This document shows, piece after piece, positions 1 through 8,758 of a DNA stretch of 57,793 nucleotides. The stretch is from an uncultured Bacilli bacterium. GTDB lineage: Bacteria > Bacillota_I > Bacilli_A > RF39 > UBA660. Under the pieces are notes generated by a model, which saw only the letters and a program-made list of their open reading frames with translations, did not search any database and had not been told where the DNA came from. The stretch's first letter is position 1; every line of letters begins with the position of its first letter. The DNA lies in the NCBI GenBank assembly GCA_934130215.1, contig CAKOXR010000001.1, forward strand, positions 1 to 57,793. The letters run 5' to 3'. Made by a program: the position numbers and the translations under genes.

Positions 1-119
1 TCGTATATAAATTATATATGGTAATCTAGTCTTTTTTTGAATTTGTTTAGGTATCGTTTTCGGGTGTTACTTTCAAGATTATTACTTTAGCGGCTGTTTT
101 AGAGGAAGGATTAGTTGAT

Positions 120-1100
120 TTGGATAATGATATTTTTTATGATACTGGTGGTGTTAATGTATCTGGTGCTAGAATTAGATGTTGGAAAGCAGGTGGTCAT
201 GGATCGCAGACTTATTTACAAGTAGTTGAAAACTCTTGTAATACAGGGTTTGTTAGTTTAGGTTTTAAATTAGGAAAAGATAAATTATTTGATTATATTA
301 AAAAATTTGGGTTCGGTTCTAAAACTGGTGTTGATTTAAATGGAGAAGAAAATGGTATATTATTTAAATTAGATAAAGTTGGTGATTTAGAACTTGCAAC
401 CACTTCTTTTGGTCAAGGAGTAAGTGTAACACCTATACAACAAATAGTTGCGGTATCTGCTGCAATTAATGGTGGCTATTTAATGAAACCTTATATTGTT
501 AAATCATTAAACGAACCAGTTACTAATACTGTTATAAAAGAAAATAAACCAGTTATTGTAAGAAAAGTTATTTCTGATGAAACAAGTAGTAAAGTTAGAT
601 ATGCATTAGAAAATGTTGTTGCAAATGGAACGGGAAGGAATGCTTATATTGAAAATTATAGAGTTGGAGGTAAAACAGGAACAGCTCAAAAAGTAAAAAA
701 TGGAACATATATGGTAGGAAATTATATTGTATCATTTATAGGTTTTTTACCAAGTGATGATCCTGAAGTAATTGTATATATTGCAATTGATCATCCTCAA
801 GGTATTGTACAATATGGAGGTAGTGTTTCAGCACCAATTGCTAGAGAAGTTTTAATGGATTCTATATCTGCTTTAAAAATAAAGCCTAAAAGTGGACTTA
901 TTAAAAAATATAATTGGAATGATAAAAAAGGATATCTCCTTGAAGATGTTGTTGGACTTGATGTAAATGATGCTATAAAAAAATTAAAACATTTTAAAGT
1001 TGAGTATTCTGGAAATGGTAATAAAGTAGTTTATATGTCACCTAAAAGTGGAACAAGATTACTTGAAGGAAGTACTATAAAATTAATGATTGGGGAATAA
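120..1100 (+). CDS. Class B penicillin-binding protein (SpoVD/FtsI-like): transpeptidase C-terminal part plus PASTA domain. Appears 5'-truncated.
   Basis: SxN motif (NSCNTGF), KTG motif (GGKTGTAQK) and a C-terminal PASTA-like segment; collinear with SpoVD as I remember it. In-frame similarity continues upstream to nt 51 (..SGVTFKIITLAAVLEEG). An in-frame TAG at 48-50 closes the frame, and no N-terminal domain is present. Confidence 0.8.
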   Translation: MDNDIFYDTGGVNVSGARIRCWKAGGHGSQTYLQVVENSCNTGFVSLGFKLGKDKLFDYIKKFGFGSKTGVDLNGEENGILFKLDKVGDLELATTSFGQGVSVTPIQQIVAVSAAINGGYLMKPYIVKSLNEPVTNTVIKENKPVIVRKVISDETSSKVRYALENVVANGTGRNAYIENYRVGGKTGTAQKVKNGTYMVGNYIVSFIGFLPSDDPEVIVYIAIDHPQGIVQYGGSVSAPIAREVLMDSISALKIKPKSGLIKKYNWNDKKGYLLEDVVGLDVNDAIKKLKHFKVEYSGNGNKVVYMSPKSGTRLLEGSTIKLMIGE

Positions 1101-1149
1101 ATATTATTATGGTATAATATATTTAGGTATTAATTTTAAGGGTGACATA

Positions 1150-2631
1150 ATGGATAAAATATATATGTGTATTGATTTAAAAAGCTTTTATGCATCAGTA
1201 GAGTGTAGAGAAAGAAATTTAGATCCGCTTGATACAAATTTAGTAGTTGCTGATGAATCTAGAACTGATAAAACCATTTGTTTAGCAGTTACACCATCTT
1301 TAAAAGCATATGGTTTATCAGGTAGATGTAGATTATATGAAGCAAAACAAAAAGTAAAGGAAATTAATTATCAAAGAAGAAAAAATAATAATTATAAACC
1401 ATTTAAAGGAAAATCTTATATTGCTTCAAAGTTAGTTGATAAAGAATTAGAACTTGATTTTATAAGAGCTGTTCCAAGAATGAAATTATATATGAAATAT
1501 AGTACAGATATATATAATATTTATTTAAAATATATTTCTTCTGATGATATTTTAGTTTATTCAATTGATGAAGTATTTTGTGATATAACAAATTATTTAT
1601 CTTTATATAATATGACTGCTGAAGAACTTGTTATAAAAATAATTGAGGATGTTTATAATAAAACAGGAATTACCGCTACTGCTGGCATTGGTACTAATAT
1701 GTATTTAGCTAAAGTAGCAATGGATATAACTGCCAAAAAAATGAAACCGAATAAATTTGGTGTTAGAATGGCTAGACTTGATGAAATGAGTTATAAAAAA
1801 GAATTATGGGATCATAAACCACTTACTGATTTTTGGAGAATTGGAAAAGGTTATCAAAAAAGGTTAGAGTCTAATAACATGTTTACAATGGGAGATATAG
1901 CTAGAATGTCTATTGAAAATGAAGATTTATTGTTTCAATTATTTGGAATTAATGCTGAATTTTTAATAGATCATGCATGGGGATATGAGTGTTGTACTAT
2001 ACAAGATATTAAAAATTATGAACCATCTTCTTCTAGTATTAGTCAAGGTCAAGTTTTACATTGTCCTTATACTTATGAGAAAGCTAAATTGATAGTTAAA
2101 GAAATGATTGATAATTTAGCTTTAGATTTAGTCAATAAAGGTTTAAAAACAAGTCAAATTGTTTTAACAATTGGATATGATGTTTCTAATTTAACTGATA
2201 ATAATATTAATAGATTATATCATGGTGATATTGTTTTAGATAATTATGGTAGAAAAATTCCCAAACATAGTCATGGTACTGTTAATATTAATCATAAAAC
2301 ATCCTCTAGTAAAATAATAACTGATAATGTTGTTTTACTTTATGATCGAATAGTTAACCCTTTATTATTAATTAGAAGAATAAATATAACAGCTTGTAAT
2401 TTAGTTAATGAAAATTATAAAGAAAGAAGTTATGAACAATTAGATATTTTTACTAATTATGAAGAAATTGATAAAAAGAAAAATGATGAAGAAAAGGAAA
2501 AAAATATTCAAAAAGTAATACTTGATATAAAGAAAAAATATGGAAAAAATTCTATTTTAAAAGGTATTAATTTAGAGGATGGTGCAACTAGCATTGCTAG
2601 AAATGAAGAAGTTGGAGGACATAAAGGATGA
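1150..2631 (+). CDS. Y-family (translesion) DNA polymerase, ImpB/UmuC/UvrX-like
   Basis: N-terminus MDKIYMCIDLKSFYASVECRERNLDP is typical of the family. ATG at 1150 follows a GGTGA RBS. The ORF-track start at 1090 is probably an upstream extension. Confidence 0.85.
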   Translation: MDKIYMCIDLKSFYASVECRERNLDPLDTNLVVADESRTDKTICLAVTPSLKAYGLSGRCRLYEAKQKVKEINYQRRKNNNYKPFKGKSYIASKLVDKELELDFIRAVPRMKLYMKYSTDIYNIYLKYISSDDILVYSIDEVFCDITNYLSLYNMTAEELVIKIIEDVYNKTGITATAGIGTNMYLAKVAMDITAKKMKPNKFGVRMARLDEMSYKKELWDHKPLTDFWRIGKGYQKRLESNNMFTMGDIARMSIENEDLLFQLFGINAEFLIDHAWGYECCTIQDIKNYEPSSSSISQGQVLHCPYTYEKAKLIVKEMIDNLALDLVNKGLKTSQIVLTIGYDVSNLTDNNINRLYHGDIVLDNYGRKIPKHSHGTVNINHKTSSSKIITDNVVLLYDRIVNPLLLIRRINITACNLVNENYKERSYEQLDIFTNYEEIDKKKNDEEKEKNIQKVILDIKKKYGKNSILKGINLEDGATSIARNEEVGGHKG

Positions 2632-3041
2632 GTAAATATGATGATATTATAAATTTAAATAGACCTATTTCTAAATATCCTCATTTGAGTATAGATTCAA
2701 GAGCTTCACAGTTTGGTTCTTTTTCTGCTTTAACTGGATACGAAGATGAAGTTAAAGAAGTTGAGAGAATTACTTGTAAAAAAATAGAAATTAGTGATGA
2801 TTTTAAAAATATTTTAAATAATAAAATAAATTATTTGAATAATCATATTAAAGATAAAATAGAAGTTACTGTTACTTATTTTGTCAAAGATTTAAAAAAA
2901 GATGGAGGTATTTATATTAATAAAAAAGGTTTTATTAAAAAATTAGATTTTATTAATAAAAATATAAAATTTGATGATAATTTTATTATAAATATTAATG
3001 ATATTATAAATATTAATTTTGAAGAAATAAATTATGAATAA
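2628..3041 (+). CDS. YolD-like protein, the usual partner of Y-family polymerases
   Basis: ATGA overlap with the polymerase stop. 137 aa with a QFGSFSALTGYEDE motif and a YolD-like layout. This position downstream of a UmuC-like gene is the classic context. Confidence 0.55.
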   Translation: MSKYDDIINLNRPISKYPHLSIDSRASQFGSFSALTGYEDEVKEVERITCKKIEISDDFKNILNNKINYLNNHIKDKIEVTVTYFVKDLKKDGGIYINKKGFIKKLDFINKNIKFDDNFIININDIININFEEINYE

Positions 3042-3049
3042 ATTTTTTA

Positions 3050-3078
3050 TTGAAATCGGAAAAAATATGTGGTATTAT
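3050..3078 (+). promoter_or_regulatory. Sigma-A type promoter of the tasA/sipW-like operon
   Basis: TTGAAA (3050-3055), 17-nt spacer, TATTAT (3073-3078), with an extended -10 TG at 3070-3071. Confidence 0.55.
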
Positions 3079-3100
3079 TTATACTAGGAGGAGGATAAAA

Positions 3101-3754
3101 ATGGAAAAAAATAGAAATAATCAAGTTATTGCTGTAATAGCACTTGTTATTGGTATAATTGGATTATCTGTTGGTTTTGCTGCATTTTCAAATGTTTTAA
3201 AAATACAATCTTCTGCTGAAGTAACACCTGATAAATCTACTTTAAATGTTGATTTTTCAAGTTCAAGCACTGAAGTTGCGACAGATGATATTACAGCTGT
3301 TACTACACCAACTACTGTTGTTGCTACAAAAGCTACTATTGATAATACTAATGATCCAACTATTTCCAATTTAAAAGCTACATTTACTGAACCTGGACAA
3401 AAAGCTGTTTATAGTTTTTATGCTTATAATAATGGTAAACTAGATGCTTATTTAAAAAGCATAGTATTTGAGAATGTTACTGGCCAAACATCTAGTAAAG
3501 TATGTAGTAGTAAAGAAGGTACAACTGATGCTTTAGTTCAAAGTGCTTGTAATGGTATTTCTGTTAAAGTTAAAGTTGGAAATGAAGCAGAAACAAGTGG
3601 AAGTGTTGCTAGTATAACTAATCACGAATTAATTAAAGCAAATAGTGAAATGGTTACTGTTACTATTGAATATCAAGCTGATGCAACTAGAGCTGATGGA
3701 GATTTTACTGTATCATTTGGTGATATAATATTGAATTATAGTTCAGTTGATTAA
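3101..3754 (+). CDS. Secreted TasA/camelysin-like beta-sandwich protein with a SipW-type signal peptide
   Basis: AGGAGG RBS then ATG at 3101. The hydrophobic segment ends in GFAAFSNVL, which resembles the SipW-cognate signal motif. Also has PGQKAVYSFYAYNNGKLDAYL (PG..f.v.N.G.ld pattern). Lies directly upstream of a SipW-like peptidase. Confidence 0.5.
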   Translation: MEKNRNNQVIAVIALVIGIIGLSVGFAAFSNVLKIQSSAEVTPDKSTLNVDFSSSSTEVATDDITAVTTPTTVVATKATIDNTNDPTISNLKATFTEPGQKAVYSFYAYNNGKLDAYLKSIVFENVTGQTSSKVCSSKEGTTDALVQSACNGISVKVKVGNEAETSGSVASITNHELIKANSEMVTVTIEYQADATRADGDFTVSFGDIILNYSSVD

Positions 3755-3759
3755 TTTAA

Positions 3760-3787
3760 ATGACACAGTAAGTCTGTGCCATTTTTG
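3760..3787 (+). terminator. Intra-operon hairpin/attenuator after the tasA-like gene
   Basis: ATGACACAG (3760-3768) pairs with CTGTGCCAT (3774-3782) with one mismatch and a 5-nt loop, followed by TTTT. Confidence 0.45.
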
Positions 3788-3803
3788 TTTAAGGAGATTA
3801 TTT

Positions 3804-4901
3804 ATGAAGAAAAGTTATGTTAAATTAATTATTATAAATTTTTTAACAATTTTATTTTGTTTATTTAATTCATTTTATTTTAAAAAAATAAATTCTTTAT
3901 TTTTAACTTTTTTTCTTATAATTTTACTTTTAATTACAAAAATATTGTTTGGATTTGAAAAAGATAAACATCGATATATTAAAGATGTTTGTTTAAAAAT
4001 AGTTATTAATTTATTTATATTTTTGATTTTTTATTATTTAGTTGGTATTTTTATAGGGTTTGCAAAAACTTATAATTTTTCTTCTTTAAAAGCTATAATA
4101 AATATTATATTTTATATTGTTATTAAAGAATATTTAAGATATACTTTAATTACAAAGTCTAGTGAAAGCAAATTTTTATTAATACTTACAACAATAATGT
4201 TTATTTTTATTGATAATACTATTGCTTTTTCAATAAATGGTTTTTTATTTAATAAAAGTACTTTTCTTTTAGTTGCTATTACATTTATTCCATCAATTAC
4301 AGAAAATATTTTATGTTCATGGATGAGTTTTAAATTTGGTTTTAAACCAGTTATGTTGTATTTATTAATTATAAAATTATATCTTTATATTTTACCTATT
4401 ATTCCAAATCCAAATGAATATATATATTCAATAATTTTCTTTTTACTGCCTATAATAATTTTATTTAATATTAAAAAATGGTTAGATAAAGGAGATTTAA
4501 ATATAGTTTTAAATAAAGCAAATATTATTCCATATTTTTTAATTGCTTTTTCTTTGATTTTGATTTATTTTGTTTCAGGTTATTTTAGATATTATGCAAT
4601 TGCGATTGCAAGTGGTTCTATGAATCCTGTAATCAAAAAGGGTGATGTTGTTATTGTTGATCAAAAGTTTAAAAATTTAAAAAAAGGTGATATAATTGCT
4701 TATAGATATAATGGAACTGTAATTGTTCATCGTATTAATGATTTAATTAGAGATAAAAATGATATTATTATTTATACTAAGGGTGATAGTAATAGTTCTT
4801 GTGATAGTTGGAAAGTTGAATATGATATGATAATTGGGGTTATTAATTATAAAATACCTTTAATTGGATATCCGACTGTATGGATTAATAATTATTGGTA
4901 G
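3804..4901 (+). CDS. Archaeal/SipW-type signal peptidase I (S26B) fused to an N-terminal ~280-aa polytopic membrane domain
   Basis: AAGGAG RBS then ATG at 3804. C-terminal catalytic motifs are SGSMNPVIKKGD (Ser), VHRI (His) and KGDSN. The preceding ~280 residues are almost entirely hydrophobic F/I/L-rich segments. Confidence 0.75.
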   Translation: MKKSYVKLIIINFLTILFCLFNSFYFKKINSLFLTFFLIILLLITKILFGFEKDKHRYIKDVCLKIVINLFIFLIFYYLVGIFIGFAKTYNFSSLKAIINIIFYIVIKEYLRYTLITKSSESKFLLILTTIMFIFIDNTIAFSINGFLFNKSTFLLVAITFIPSITENILCSWMSFKFGFKPVMLYLLIIKLYLYILPIIPNPNEYIYSIIFFLLPIIILFNIKKWLDKGDLNIVLNKANIIPYFLIAFSLILIYFVSGYFRYYAIAIASGSMNPVIKKGDVVIVDQKFKNLKKGDIIAYRYNGTVIVHRINDLIRDKNDIIIYTKGDSNSSCDSWKVEYDMIIGVINYKIPLIGYPTVWINNYW

Positions 4902-4912
4902 GGAGGTAATAT

Positions 4913-5965
4913 ATGTTTAAAAAGATGCATTTTTCTTATAATTTTAGATTAATTATAAATTATTTTTTGTTTTTTATTTTTCTAGTTTTAAGTTTTATAA
5001 TGATTTATAATTCTTTAGATATTAAAAAAGAAGAAAATATAAAATATAATGAAAAGGGTAGTATTAATTATAAGGTTTGTTTAAAAGAAAATAATTTTTA
5101 TGAAAATAGTTGTATAGATAATAATATGTCATATATTTCTGGTTTAATTAAAAATATACCTTTATATTTTGATTATAATTTTAAAGTTAATAAAAGCTCT
5201 AATATAATTGTTAAATATGAAGTTAGTTGTAATTTAGTTATTTCCAATATTGAAAATTCTTTAATTTATTTTAATAAAAATTATATATTAGTTCCATTAA
5301 CAGAGTCCATTTATCATAATAATAGTTATAATTTAGTTAATAATGATATTATAATTGATTATGATTATTATAATAATATTGCAAGTAATTTTAAAAGTGA
5401 ATTTGGTGTTGATACTAAGAGTTATTTAGAGGTTATATATACAGTTTATAATGAAATAAATGGTAATATTATATCTCCTAGTGTTAGCTCTATAAATATT
5501 CCTCTTTCACAAAAATCAATTGATATTAATATGAAATCTAATGATCTTTTAAATAGTGGTAATCAAAAAAGTTTTAAATATTCGATTAGTTTAGTTAATA
5601 TTATTTATTTTAGTTTAGGTTTAATTAGTTTTTTATGTTCTTTTATTTTTTTAATTAAGGGTATTAGGTTGTCGTTGTTAGTTTTATCTACTAAAAATGA
5701 ATATGATAAATATATTAATAAAATTTTAAAAGAATATGATAGATTAATTGTTGAGACAACTTCAATTCCTGATTTTAATGATTACAATGTTATTTTAATT
5801 AAAAAGTTTTCAGAATTACTTGATGTTAGAGATAATTTACATTTACCTATAATGTATTATGTTGTTGTTAAACATCATAAATCTTATTTATATATTTTAA
5901 ATAATAATAATTTATATTTACTTACTTTAAAAAGTGTTGATTTTTGTAAAGAGAGGGTAAAATGA
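4913..5965 (+). CDS. Two-TM membrane protein of unknown function (possibly DUF5305-like, a family I recall next to SipW-type peptidases)
   Basis: GGGAGG RBS. N-terminal TM, an extracytoplasmic region of about 200 aa, a second TM (IIYFSLGLISFLCSFIFLI), then a cytoplasmic tail of about 100 aa. Confidence 0.45.
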   Translation: MFKKMHFSYNFRLIINYFLFFIFLVLSFIMIYNSLDIKKEENIKYNEKGSINYKVCLKENNFYENSCIDNNMSYISGLIKNIPLYFDYNFKVNKSSNIIVKYEVSCNLVISNIENSLIYFNKNYILVPLTESIYHNNSYNLVNNDIIIDYDYYNNIASNFKSEFGVDTKSYLEVIYTVYNEINGNIISPSVSSINIPLSQKSIDINMKSNDLLNSGNQKSFKYSISLVNIIYFSLGLISFLCSFIFLIKGIRLSLLVLSTKNEYDKYINKILKEYDRLIVETTSIPDFNDYNVILIKKFSELLDVRDNLHLPIMYYVVVKHHKSYLYILNNNNLYLLTLKSVDFCKERVK

Positions 5966-7440
5966 TTAATAAAAAAATTTTATATTTTATTTTTTTCATT
6001 ATTTTATTTTTATCTATTGGTTTTTCTGCTTTTCAAAATAATTTAAGTATTGATAATATTTTTTTAAATGTTAATATTGATAAAGATATTAGAGTTATGG
6101 GGATTTCTGTTAATGAATCAAAAGATGCTTTTAGTACATATGAAGATTATAATGTTAGTAATATTAAATCAAATGTTACTTTATCTAATAGTAATTCATA
6201 TATTATTTATAAGATTCCTGTTTATAATTTAGGGAATGTTGTTATGGGTATTAGGAGTATAAGTATAAATTATGATAATTTAAGTGTTAGTATTTTAAAT
6301 TATGATTTAAAATCTAAACTTTGTGATGATAAATGTGCTTCTGGTGTAAAAAAAGATTTACTTGTTAAAATATCTTATAAGGATGGATTATTTGATAGTT
6401 TAAATACTTCTTATGATATTAAAATAGATTTTGTTTTTGGAAGAATATTTAATATTGATTATAAAGATATTGATATTTCTTATCCTAAAGAAATAATCGA
6501 GGGTGATACTTTAACTTTAAATATTCCTGATAGAGAAGATAGTTCTTTAAAAGTTTTTATGAATAAAAGAAAGTTAGTTATTGATTCTGATTATCAATAT
6601 TCATCTGGTGTTTTGACTATTCCAAATGTAGATGGTGATATTTCGATGTTTTTTAAATTACCGATTTGTCAAAGAGCAACAGTTCTTCATACTGAGGAGT
6701 GTACAGGTAAATTTTGTGGTGGTATGGGTTTTACTAATGATGGTAAAATGAAAACAACTACAATTACTTATGGTTCATTAGGAATTCAAGGTACTTTAAA
6801 TTCTGGTGATGCTTTTGATTGTGATACCAATGGTGATGGAGAATATAATCCAGAAACAGAAAGATTTTATTATGTTACAACAATGGGTGATGATTCTAGG
6901 GTTGCTGTTTTAATTTATTATAATAATGTTAGTGCTGGTGAACCTAATAATAATAGTTTTTATGCATATGATGATTTTGATGGAAATTGGTTTGGTCCTA
7001 GAGTTGCGATTCAACAACTTCCAACTAGAAGTCAATGGAGTAATATTAGTTTATCAAATACTGAAAGAAAAATAACAAATGAATATGGTACTAATAATAC
7101 TAAAGATAATCATACTTTTCCTAGTGTTTTTAGTTATGATGGTTATTCTGCTAGATTTTTAACTTATCAAGAGTTAAAAAAAGTTGTAAATAATATCCCA
7201 ACTTGGAAAAGTGGTGAATTTAATGATCATTTATATTTATCTGAGAATACTAAGTTTTCTAATGGTAAGGCATCTGTTTTTGATGGATATTGGTTAGAAA
7301 ATCCTCGATATGGTTTACCTACTTATGCTTGGTTTCTTTATACATCTGAAAGAAGGGTACATAGTGCTGATGTTAAAATAAATAATATTTATGGTGTTAG
7401 GCCAGTTATAGAAATTTCATTTGACGATATATTATATTAA
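5962..7440 (+). CDS. Large secreted protein with a SipW-type signal peptide and a C-terminal module ending YGVRPVIEI
   Basis: ATGA overlap with the upstream gene. The signal segment ends in GFSAFQNNL. Contains a Cys cluster CQRATVLHTEECTGKFCGG. The C-terminal pattern YWLENP...AW....YGVRPVI resembles DUF6273-like domains. Confidence 0.6.
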   Translation: MINKKILYFIFFIILFLSIGFSAFQNNLSIDNIFLNVNIDKDIRVMGISVNESKDAFSTYEDYNVSNIKSNVTLSNSNSYIIYKIPVYNLGNVVMGIRSISINYDNLSVSILNYDLKSKLCDDKCASGVKKDLLVKISYKDGLFDSLNTSYDIKIDFVFGRIFNIDYKDIDISYPKEIIEGDTLTLNIPDREDSSLKVFMNKRKLVIDSDYQYSSGVLTIPNVDGDISMFFKLPICQRATVLHTEECTGKFCGGMGFTNDGKMKTTTITYGSLGIQGTLNSGDAFDCDTNGDGEYNPETERFYYVTTMGDDSRVAVLIYYNNVSAGEPNNNSFYAYDDFDGNWFGPRVAIQQLPTRSQWSNISLSNTERKITNEYGTNNTKDNHTFPSVFSYDGYSARFLTYQELKKVVNNIPTWKSGEFNDHLYLSENTKFSNGKASVFDGYWLENPRYGLPTYAWFLYTSERRVHSADVKINNIYGVRPVIEISFDDILY

Positions 7441-7445
7441 AAAGA

Positions 7446-7474
7446 TTGATTATTTTTAAATTTAATGATAAAAT
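7446..7474 (+). promoter_or_regulatory. Sigma-A type promoter of the M23 peptidase gene
   Basis: TTGATT (7446-7451), 17-nt spacer, TAAAAT (7469-7474), with an extended -10 TG at 7466-7467. Confidence 0.45.
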
Positions 7475-7495
7475 TAGTTTAAGGGTAGGTGTAAA

Positions 7496-8695
7496 ATGAA
7501 AAAAAAGTTTATTTTGATACTATTTTTAATATTAATATTACCTATTAATATAAGTGCTAAAACGATTAATGATATGAAAAAAGAATTACAAAAGCTTGAA
7601 AATAAACTAGCTGAATCAAAGAAAATGTCAAAATTAAATAAAGATGAAATTGATAAAATTAATAATGAAATTAATACAATTAGTCAAAATATAATAGATG
7701 CACAAAATGCAATAGAAAAAGCAAATAAAAAAATTGAGTTAAATGAAAAAGAAATTGAACAAAAAAAAGAAGAAACAGATGAATTATTAAAATATTTTCA
7801 GGTTTCATCAAATGAAAATGTTTATTTAGAGTATTTGTTTGATGCTAAAACTTATACAGAATTTATTTATAGATTTTCCATTGTAAAACAATTAACGGAA
7901 TATAATGATGTACTTTCTAAAGAACTTTCTAAAATGACTTTAGATTTAGAACAATCAAAAGTTGATTTAAAACAAAAAACTGAAGATTTAAAAAATGAAA
8001 AAATTAATTATGAAGATAAATTATTAACTCTTGCTTTAAGAAGTGATGAAATAAGAGAAGAAGGAACTTCTATAGAAGAAGATATTGAATTTATTAAAGA
8101 AGAAATTAAAACATATACTGAAATGGGATGTGCTCCTAATCAAGATATTAGATTATGTAAAGCTGTTCCTAATTCAAAAGGATGGGTCTATCCATTACTT
8201 AGTGGATGGGTTACAAGTAACTATTCTAGTAATAGAGGAGTTGTAATTTCTAATGGAGTTGTTGTTAGTAGTGGTGCTCATTATGGTATTGATTTAGGTG
8301 GTATGCCTGAGGGAACTAGTGTTTATGCTGCTGCTCCTGGTATGGTTACAAGACTTGTTTATAGAAGCAGTTGTGGTGGTAATCAAGTTTTTGTTGAACA
8401 TAAAGTTAATGGAGTTGTTTATACAACTGCTTATATGCATTTGCTTTCAATTAGTGTTAAAAAAGGAGATATTGTTGGACCTACTATAGAGATTGGTCGA
8501 GTTGGTGGTGATTCTACTAGTGCTACTACAAAGACTGGTAAATTAAGAGGTGGGTATGATTGGTGTACTAATGGAACTCATTTACATTTTGCTGTTTCTA
8601 ATGGTTCTTATTCTACTAGTACTTATGGATTTAATGCTAATTCATTTAATCCAACTAAAATACTTGATTTTTCAAAAGGACGTTTTTCAAGATAA
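7496..8695 (+). CDS. M23 family peptidoglycan metalloendopeptidase with an N-terminal coiled coil
   Basis: Signal peptide, a long K/E-rich coiled-coil region, and LytM motifs HYGIDLGG and THLHFAV. Confidence 0.85.
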   Translation: MKKKFILILFLILILPINISAKTINDMKKELQKLENKLAESKKMSKLNKDEIDKINNEINTISQNIIDAQNAIEKANKKIELNEKEIEQKKEETDELLKYFQVSSNENVYLEYLFDAKTYTEFIYRFSIVKQLTEYNDVLSKELSKMTLDLEQSKVDLKQKTEDLKNEKINYEDKLLTLALRSDEIREEGTSIEEDIEFIKEEIKTYTEMGCAPNQDIRLCKAVPNSKGWVYPLLSGWVTSNYSSNRGVVISNGVVVSSGAHYGIDLGGMPEGTSVYAAAPGMVTRLVYRSSCGGNQVFVEHKVNGVVYTTAYMHLLSISVKKGDIVGPTIEIGRVGGDSTSATTKTGKLRGGYDWCTNGTHLHFAVSNGSYSTSTYGFNANSFNPTKILDFSKGRFSR

Positions 8696-8758
8696 TGTCC
8701 TTTTTAACTTGCTTTTTTTTATAAAAATGATATTATATAATTGTAGGAGGGCTAGCAT

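Noticed and set aside
3121-3369. Minus-strand 82-aa ORF inside the tasA-like gene. Other antisense or alternate-frame ORFs in the track are similar: 8298-8489, 8550-8762, 10150-10473, 15369-15551, 25134-25370, 30945-31208, 32083-32280, 32497-32742, 33484-33720, 36372-36557, 49508-49732, 49796-50050, 51443-51697, 52191-52376, 57356-57562.
   Set aside because: All lie fully within longer ORFs that have recognisable family motifs. They lack an RBS and have low-complexity F/I/L/K-rich translations typical of shadow frames in AT-rich DNA.
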